A program made the position numbers and the translations under genes. The notes beneath the pieces were generated by a model that did no database searches, was not told the DNA's origin, and worked only from the letters and a program-made list of their open reading frames with translations. Shown here piece after piece: positions 58,317 to 64,000 of a stretch of 64,000 bases of DNA; the stretch's first letter is position 1; every line of letters starts with the position of its first letter. Source of the DNA: Syntrophorhabdaceae bacterium. Lineage in GTDB: Bacteria > Desulfobacterota > Deferrimicrobia > Deferrimicrobiales > Deferrimicrobiaceae. The stretch spans positions 4,612-68,611 of the forward strand of contig WRHP01000002.1 of NCBI GenBank assembly GCA_009783195.1, in the 5' to 3' direction.

Positions 58317-58716
58317 TAGAGCTTCAGCTTATGTCGACGGAGTTATCCCATCAAAACAGCTTCTTGCCGTTTTGAGCGTTTGGTTCTGTATTCGCTTGAA
58401 ACTACGCTTTTCGATTCCATAATATCGCCCGTTGTGATGTATGCGATTTTCGCGTAGACGTCCGCGTTGTTATCTCCCCCGCTTCCGGTTCAATGTATTC
58501 TCAGCTATAGTCCATAAAGCATAAGATGGCATGCTAATGGTGTATAAAATACATATAATATATGTGTATTTTACTTGACCGTCTTGCGAGGTTGAGATAA
58601 GTTGTGAACTCAACAATAACGAATATGTATTTTGGCGGCATATCACCGCCGAAAAAATAATGACGGTTTAGGTTCTAATCCGTACAAAAAATGAAGGAAT
58701 TACCACAGGAGAGAAT

Positions 58717-59547
58717 ATGAAACGGATTGCAGGACTGCTGATTCTATCCGCGTTTCTTGCCGCCCCTTCCTTGGCCTTCGCCGAAGGGCAGCCGGCGGGG
58801 ATCTATATCGCGCCCAAGTTCGTCTATGGAGCTACCTGGATGAACAAGTTTGGAGTGGATGGTGTGCCTTATGCCGGCGGCGGTAACTATGTGCCTATTC
58901 CAGACGATAAGAGCGACACCAAAATCGGCGGCGCGCTGGCCATTGGGTATGACTTTGGTAAACAAACCAAGGCTCCGGTACGCTTTGAACTGGAATACTC
59001 AATGTTTTCCGCAACCTCAGCCGAGGAGCCTTTGTACGGGTCCAAGGTCGAGTGGTCCCTTTCGACTGGCGGTTTTGTTGATCCGGTAAGATTCAGCGCA
59101 AAACAAAGGATGAAAATGCAGACCTTGTTTGTGAATGCCTACTATGATTTTCGCAATGACACACCCTTTTCGTTTTGGCTTGGCGCGGGCGCGGGCGTGG
59201 CTCTCATCGAGTCCAAGGGCAACTTCGCGATTCATATACCCGAAGATAATTATGCTTTTGGTTCGGCGCTTGGTGTAAACGATGGACCTGCATATACGGA
59301 ATATTGGTCGGCAGGCTCAAAGAGAACAAAAAACTTTGCCTGGAACGTCGGGGCCGGCGTGGGGTACGATTTAACCAGCAATCTCACCCTGGACATCGGG
59401 TACCGCTTTGCCTCATTGGGCAGGGCGGAGACAGAATCGGGCAGAGGCGCGTTTATGTATATAATGTCTGGCGGTTTAGATCAAACCGCTAAAGTCAAAC
59501 AGATTTACATGCATCAATTTATGCTTGGTCTGCGCGTTACATTCTAA
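58717..59547 (+). CDS. Outer-membrane beta-barrel protein (OmpA-like/OMP_b-brl family)
   Basis: Signal peptide MKRIAGLLILSAFLAAPSLAFA. Alternating amphipathic beta-strand pattern with aromatic girdle residues. The C-terminus ...FMLGLRVTF ends in the OMP signature Phe. Confidence 0.8.
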   Translation: MKRIAGLLILSAFLAAPSLAFAEGQPAGIYIAPKFVYGATWMNKFGVDGVPYAGGGNYVPIPDDKSDTKIGGALAIGYDFGKQTKAPVRFELEYSMFSATSAEEPLYGSKVEWSLSTGGFVDPVRFSAKQRMKMQTLFVNAYYDFRNDTPFSFWLGAGAGVALIESKGNFAIHIPEDNYAFGSALGVNDGPAYTEYWSAGSKRTKNFAWNVGAGVGYDLTSNLTLDIGYRFASLGRAETESGRGAFMYIMSGGLDQTAKVKQIYMHQFMLGLRVTF

Positions 59548-59568
59548 AAATAAACCGCTGAGTCTATA

Positions 59569-59605
59569 GGCGCGGCGTGGCATCCGATACCGGTTTTGCC
59601 GCGCC
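59569..59605 (+). terminator. Possible intrinsic terminator after the OMP gene
   Basis: GGCGCGGC (59569-59576) pairs with GCCGCGCC (59598-59605). A T-rich run (TGTTATTTT) follows 5 nt later. The 21-nt loop is long, so confidence is weak. Confidence 0.3.
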
Positions 59606-59664
59606 GCGCTGTTATTTTAAATGCTAAAATTCCTGTTCCCTTGAAGAGATACACTAAAATCCTT

Positions 59665-60801
59665 ATGAGTGTTGCCGCCATACTGCTGGCCGCTGCGGTT
59701 TTATTGGCGGGGTGCGCGTTGCGCGAGCTTGGTCGGACGCCCAAAGACGTTTCATCCTATGAAAACCTGCCTTATTTTGCGGATGGGAAATTCCGCAACG
59801 AGGAGACAGACACGCCGTATTACCCGGACCGGATACGCGGCGGCAAACCTGGCAGGCTTCGTTTCTTGAGATCCAGCTCCAACGCTCCCAAAGCTTCTTT
59901 ACCGGCAATAAAGCTGAACAAAGACGCTTTTACGGGAAAACCGGAAAGATTGGCGGTGTATTGGCTTGGGCACTCCTCGCTCATAATCGAGCTGGAGGGC
60001 AAACGTTTTCTTGTCGATCCGGTTTTTGGCAATGCCGCGCCCATACCCTTTGCTGTGCCGCGCTACGGCCCTTCTCCGCTAAAGCGCAAAGAACTGCCGG
60101 TTCCCGATTACATATTGATTACGCACGATCATTACGATCATCTGGAATACGCCACCATACGCCATTTCAGAAATGAGGAAACGCTTTTCATCGTGCCGCT
60201 TGGCGTCGGCGCGCATCTTGTCAGGTGGGGTGTTGCCCCGGAAAAGATCCGCGAGCTTGGCCTGGGGGATGAATTTGTAAGCGACGGTGTTAGTATCGTT
60301 GCGGAACGCGCCGTTCATTTTTCCGGACGCACCTTTTCCACACGCAACGGCAGCTTGTGGGCAAGCTATGTTCTGAAAGGGGAACAAAGGCGGGTCTTTA
60401 TAAGCGGCGATACCGGATATGGCGAGCATTTTCGCGCCATTGGAACAAAACACGGCCCCTTTGACCTTGCGTTTTTTGAAATTGACGCATGGAATCCCGG
60501 CTGGCCCAAGACACACCTGTTTCCGGACCAGGTGATACGCGCCTGCCGCGATGTTCAGGCCAAATGGCTGGTTCCCGTGCACTGGGGGGTTTTTGATCTC
60601 GCCCTGCACCCGTGGGACGAATCTATTCGTATGGTTGCCGCTTTGGCGGATGAGGACGACGGCATCAACCTGCTTACGCCTCTCATGGGGCAAAAACTTG
60701 TTCCCGGCGTAACGGAAGTTTCACGATGGTGGGAAAAACTTTCTTTTTCAAATGACGTATTTGAGGCTCCCGTTCCAGACTCCCCCAAAGCGCCGGACTG
60801 A
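59665..60801 (+). CDS. MBL-fold metallo-hydrolase lipoprotein (NAPE-PLD-like family)
   Basis: Lipobox LLAGC after MSVAAILLAAAVL. Metal motif ILITHDHYDHLEY (HxHxDH), and later ISGDTGY and VHWG. I place the start at ATG 59665; the track start at 59596 is longer. Confidence 0.85.
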   Translation: MSVAAILLAAAVLLAGCALRELGRTPKDVSSYENLPYFADGKFRNEETDTPYYPDRIRGGKPGRLRFLRSSSNAPKASLPAIKLNKDAFTGKPERLAVYWLGHSSLIIELEGKRFLVDPVFGNAAPIPFAVPRYGPSPLKRKELPVPDYILITHDHYDHLEYATIRHFRNEETLFIVPLGVGAHLVRWGVAPEKIRELGLGDEFVSDGVSIVAERAVHFSGRTFSTRNGSLWASYVLKGEQRRVFISGDTGYGEHFRAIGTKHGPFDLAFFEIDAWNPGWPKTHLFPDQVIRACRDVQAKWLVPVHWGVFDLALHPWDESIRMVAALADEDDGINLLTPLMGQKLVPGVTEVSRWWEKLSFSNDVFEAPVPDSPKAPD

Positions 60802-60810
60802 TGCGCCTGG

Positions 60811-60840
60811 TTGAACTATCAGGCGGTTTATGATTAAAAT
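60811..60840 (+). promoter_or_regulatory. Candidate promoter of the rpsB-tsf operon
   Basis: TTGAAC (60811-60816), an 18-nt spacer, then TAAAAT (60835-60840), about 130 nt upstream of the rpsB ATG. Pattern only. Confidence 0.3.
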
Positions 60841-60972
60841 AACCAGCTTGGCTTTATAAATTATCACCCACGGGCGGGACTCTCCCCGGGGTGCCTCGTT
60901 TTTAACGGGGTGAATGGGGAGGGGCGGAACGTCCGGAGGACCAACCCCAAGGGGTAAGGAGGCACGAAAAGC

Positions 60973-61794
60973 ATGGCAAATGGTCAGAGTTCCGTAATCA
61001 CAATGAAACAGCTTCTTGAGGCGGGTGTCCATTTCGGCCACCAGACCAAGCGGTGGAACCCCAAGATGAAGAAGTACATTTTCACCGCGCGCAACGGCAT
61101 CTACATCATCGACCTGCAGCAAACGGTGAAAATGTTCCGGTCGGCCTACGATATCGTCCGGAACTGGGCGGCGGAAGGCAAGACCATCCTCTTTGTAGGG
61201 ACGAAGAAACAGGCGCAGGAAGCGGTAGAGGAAGAGGCAAGCCGGGCAAACGCTCCTTACGTCAACCAGCGTTGGCTTGGCGGGATGCTTACAAACTTCA
61301 TGACGATCCGCAAGAGCCTTGATCGTCTTCAGAAATTAACCGATATGAGCACCGACGGGACCGCCGAGCGGCTTCCGAAGAAAGAAGTGCTGAAGCTCGA
61401 CAAGGAACGGGTAAAGATGGAAAAGACTCTCGGCGGCATCCGCGACCTGCGTCGCGTTCCCGACGCCCTGTTCGTGGTTGACCCGTCCCGTGAGCAGATC
61501 GCCATAATGGAGGCGCGGCGTCTTGGGGTTCCCATTGTCGCCATCGTTGACACCAACTGCGATCCCGACCTCGTTGATTACGTGATTCCCGGCAACGACG
61601 ACGCCATCCGGGCAATCAAGCTGTTCCTTTCTAAAATGGCCGACGCGATTATCGAAGGGAATGCCGCTTACGCCGAAAAGAACGCATCCAGCGGCGACAA
61701 GGATTCGGAAACCCCGGAGGTTACCGTTTCTCTTATCTCGACCGAAGAAGAGGAAGAAACGGCCGCCAGTCCTTCCGTAACGGCGGAAGAATAG
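60973..61794 (+). CDS. rpsB: 30S ribosomal protein S2
   Basis: [43 protein letters not shown] is canonical S2. There is an acidic C-terminal tail. AAGGAGG SD. Confidence 0.98.
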   Translation: MANGQSSVITMKQLLEAGVHFGHQTKRWNPKMKKYIFTARNGIYIIDLQQTVKMFRSAYDIVRNWAAEGKTILFVGTKKQAQEAVEEEASRANAPYVNQRWLGGMLTNFMTIRKSLDRLQKLTDMSTDGTAERLPKKEVLKLDKERVKMEKTLGGIRDLRRVPDALFVVDPSREQIAIMEARRLGVPIVAIVDTNCDPDLVDYVIPGNDDAIRAIKLFLSKMADAIIEGNAAYAEKNASSGDKDSETPEVTVSLISTEEEEETAASPSVTAEE

Positions 61795-61878
61795 CTTTTC
61801 ATCAGCTTAAACGTCCGGCCAGAAGACTGAAAGGCCGATAAAACCGATATACATATTTTTTCAGGGAGAACTGCGGTC

Positions 61879-62796
61879 ATGGAAATCACTTCCGGAATGG
61901 TTAAAGAACTTCGCGAGAAAACCGGCGCGGGGCTTATGGATTGCAAAGCGGCTCTGACATCAGCCGGCGGCGACATGGAAAAGGCGATTGACGCTCTCCG
62001 CACGAAAGGGTTGGCCGCGGCGGCCAAGAAGTCTTCGCGTATTGCCTCCGAAGGGCTGGTGGTTGCTTATGTCGAGGAAAATTGCGGAACGCTTGTGGAG
62101 CTTAATTGCGAGACAGATTTTGTGGCCAAAAACGAAGAGTTCATGGGCCTGGCCAAGGATATAGCCCATACAGTGAACATGAAGGCTCCTGTTGATGTGG
62201 GGGAGACGCTGCAGCTTCAGAGAAACAACGCTACCATCGAGGAGCTGATCACGGAAAAGATCGCAAAAATCGGAGAGAAGCTCTCCTTGCGCCGCTTCGA
62301 GCGGTTTACTGTTTCCAAAGGGGCCGGACTGATCGTTCCCTACATCCATATGGGCGGCAAGATCGGCGTGCTTGTGGCGCTTGAAGGAGTCGAACCGGAC
62401 AACGGCGCGGTCGCGTTGCTGGCTAAAGATATCGCTATGCAGGTTGCGGCGGCGAACCCGACTTATATTTGCCGGGACGAGGTTCCCGCTTCGGTGATCG
62501 AGCATGAAAAATCGATCTACAGGGAGCAGGCAAGAGCTTCAGGCAAACCGGATAAGATTCTCGACAAGATCGCGGACGGCAAGCTGGAGAAGTTTTTCGG
62601 CGATTTTTGCATTATCGAGCAGGCATTCATCAAGGACCCCGAAAAAAAGGTCGGGCAGCTTCTTGCCGAAGCGGGCAAAGCCGCCGGAAAAGAGATCACG
62701 ATAAAGTCCTTCGCGCGGTTCCAGGTGGGCGAGGGCATGGAAAAGCGGTCAGACGACTTGGCCGCGGAGGTGGCAAAGCAGATCGAGCGGAGCTGA
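61879..62796 (+). CDS. tsf: Translation elongation factor Ts
   Basis: [44 protein letters not shown] is the canonical EF-Ts UBA-like N-terminus. Confidence 0.98.
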   Translation: MEITSGMVKELREKTGAGLMDCKAALTSAGGDMEKAIDALRTKGLAAAAKKSSRIASEGLVVAYVEENCGTLVELNCETDFVAKNEEFMGLAKDIAHTVNMKAPVDVGETLQLQRNNATIEELITEKIAKIGEKLSLRRFERFTVSKGAGLIVPYIHMGGKIGVLVALEGVEPDNGAVALLAKDIAMQVAAANPTYICRDEVPASVIEHEKSIYREQARASGKPDKILDKIADGKLEKFFGDFCIIEQAFIKDPEKKVGQLLAEAGKAAGKEITIKSFARFQVGEGMEKRSDDLAAEVAKQIERS

Positions 62797-62827
62797 TTTC
62801 AGAAACGCTTCGCCGCGCGGAGGTTTA

Positions 62828-63562
62828 GTGGGGTTAGTGCCTAAACCGGCATACAACCGGGTCTTGCTGAAGCTGTCCGGGGAAGCCCTGATGGGCAAGC
62901 AGGCTTATGGGATAGACGAGAATGTCCTCGCCAGATTATCGAAAGAAATTCTGGAAGTGGCATCTCTGGGGATACAGATCGCCTTGGTTGTCGGAGGCGG
63001 GAACATTTTCCGGGGCATCAGGTCCAGCCGGGACTTGAAGATCGACCGCGCGTCCGCCGATTACATGGGGATGCTTGCGACGATCATCAACAGCCTCGCT
63101 CTTCAGGGCGCTCTCGAAAGGGCGGGGGTGGACACCAGGGTTCTCTCCGCCATCGAAATGAAAGCGATCGCCGAGTCTTATGTCCGGCGCAGGGCGTTGC
63201 GTCACCTGGAAAAGGGAAGAGTGGTTATATTTGCGGCCGGGACCGGGAGTCCATACTTCACCACAGATACGGCGGCGGCGCTGCGCGCTGTTGAAATCAA
63301 CGCCGACGTTATCCTTAAAGCGACCAAGGTTGATGGCGTTTATGACCGTGACCCAATGAAAGATCACGGCGCTGAAATGTTTCATGAACTTACATACCTG
63401 GACGTTTTAAAGAAAAAGCTGAATGTTATGGACGCAACGGCCATCTCCCTCTGTATGGATAACGGTCTTCCTATCGTCGTGTTCAATCTTACCGCCAAAG
63501 GGAACATCCTCAAGGCGGTGACAGGGGAGAGGATCGGCACAGTCGTTCACGGAGGAAAATAA
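62828..63562 (+). CDS. pyrH: UMP kinase
   Basis: [14 protein letters not shown]...YGID...L......I.......[15 protein letters not shown]...., [21 protein letters not shown] start. Confidence 0.97.
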   Translation: MGLVPKPAYNRVLLKLSGEALMGKQAYGIDENVLARLSKEILEVASLGIQIALVVGGGNIFRGIRSSRDLKIDRASADYMGMLATIINSLALQGALERAGVDTRVLSAIEMKAIAESYVRRRALRHLEKGRVVIFAAGTGSPYFTTDTAAALRAVEINADVILKATKVDGVYDRDPMKDHGAEMFHELTYLDVLKKKLNVMDATAISLCMDNGLPIVVFNLTAKGNILKAVTGERIGTVVHGGK

Positions 63563-64000
63563 TGGAAGGCATTATCAAAGATACTTCCGCCCGTATGGAG
63601 CGGAGCATTGAAGCGTTCAAGAAGGAACTTGGAAAGGTTCGCACCGGGCGCGCGTCATTCTCTTTGCTGGACGGCGTCAAGGTCGATTATTACGGCACGC
63701 TCACGCCGCTTCAGCAGGTGGGAACCCTTTCCGTTCCCGAAAGCCGTCTGATCACGGTTACTCCCTGGGACACCAAGATGATAGGCCCGATCGAGAAAGC
63801 TATCCAGGGCGCCGGTCTTGGCCTCAACCCGTCAAGCGATGGGAAGATAGTGCGCATACCCATTCCGCCGTTGACCGAGGAGCGCCGCAAGGAACTGGCC
63901 AAAGTTGTCCGGAAAATGGCCGAAGACGCGCGCGTCGCTGTCCGCAATGTCCGCCGCGAGTCGATAGAGAAGCTTAAAGAGAAGGAAAAGAAAAAAGAGA
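63562..64000 (+). CDS. frr: Ribosome recycling factor, N-terminal about 146 codons (3' end lies outside the window)
   Basis: ATG 63562 overlaps the pyrH TAA by 1 nt. The translation [70 protein letters not shown]...[22 protein letters not shown] is canonical RRF. The ORF is open to the end of the window, so it is absent from the ORF track. Confidence 0.96.
   Translation, partial: MEGIIKDTSARMERSIEAFKKELGKVRTGRASFSLLDGVKVDYYGTLTPLQQVGTLSVPESRLITVTPWDTKMIGPIEKAIQGAGLGLNPSSDGKIVRIPIPPLTEERRKELAKVVRKMAEDARVAVRNVRRESIEKLKEKEKKKE

Noticed and set aside
58630-58660. GGCGG-catatca-CCGCC hairpin upstream of the OMP gene, considered as a terminator
   Set aside because: The stem is followed by an A-run on the + strand, and no U-tract follows it on either strand. 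It is not a convincing intrinsic terminator.
1-64000. Search by eye for tRNA (T-arm GGTTCGAATCC-like), rRNA, CRISPR repeat-spacer arrays, integrase/recombinase, reverse transcriptase/DGR or retron features
   Set aside because: None found. The only GTTCAAATC-like string lies inside the IS630 transposase coding region. The absence cannot be proven without tRNAscan, Infernal or CRISPR-finder runs.

Overview
This is a 64-kb chromosomal window from a GC-rich (high-50s % by eye) Gram-negative bacterium that looks anaerobic. Supporting signs are a ferredoxin-type indolepyruvate oxidoreductase, a radical SAM enzyme, a PPi-type phosphofructokinase signature, and outer-membrane, lipoprotein and A2M-PBP1C envelope genes. 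Most of the window is core genome, in this order: ffh-rpsP-rimM-trmD-[TA cassette]-rplS-rnhB-yraN; pfk; iorAB-paaK-ACT; an MFS transporter; a Liv-type amino-acid ABC transporter followed by a second paaK; rsmI; a radical SAM enzyme, acyP, ligA and pgk; a thioester alpha-2-macroglobulin with pbpC; a PIG-L deacetylase; tatC; dedA; tldD; a TPR protein with a lipoprotein; a five-gene Opp/Dpp-type ABC transporter; secA-argJ; an OMP with an MBL-fold lipoprotein; and rpsB-tsf-pyrH-frr. I found no tRNA, rRNA, CRISPR array, integrase or reverse transcriptase. Nine accessory or unusual items stand out. (1) A RelE/ParE-type TA pair is inserted between trmD and rplS. (2) Ribosomal protein L19 carries a C-terminal 6 x 15-bp in-frame repeat extension. 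(3) Two clusters of long imperfect-palindromic repeats (about 33.06-33.89 kb and 46.03-46.55 kb) share a roughly 237-nt near-identical block and bracket 12 kb in direct orientation. (4) A hicA toxin has decayed (nonsense plus frameshift) next to an intact hicB. (5) A patchy low-GC island (about 45.0-50.9 kb) encodes uncharacterised secreted and membrane proteins. (6) A single-ORF ArsR-ArsM fusion has an internal SD+ATG and a promoter geometry that predicts a leaderless transcript. (7) An orphan PilB/GspE/MshE-type ATPase has a canonical tandem MshEN c-di-GMP motif and a C-terminal double zinc ribbon. (8) An IS630-family element has TIRs, a TA duplication and an A8 tract that splits the transposase. 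(9) A 12-bp-arm palindrome overlaps a perfect TATAAT upstream of the OMP gene. I cannot point to one clearly novel multi-gene system. The repeat family, the ArsR-ArsM fusion and the zinc-ribbon PilB-like ATPase are the best candidates for follow-up. All functional calls rest on motif and family recognition by eye. Start codons are best guesses, and no database search, GC calculation or RNA folding was run.
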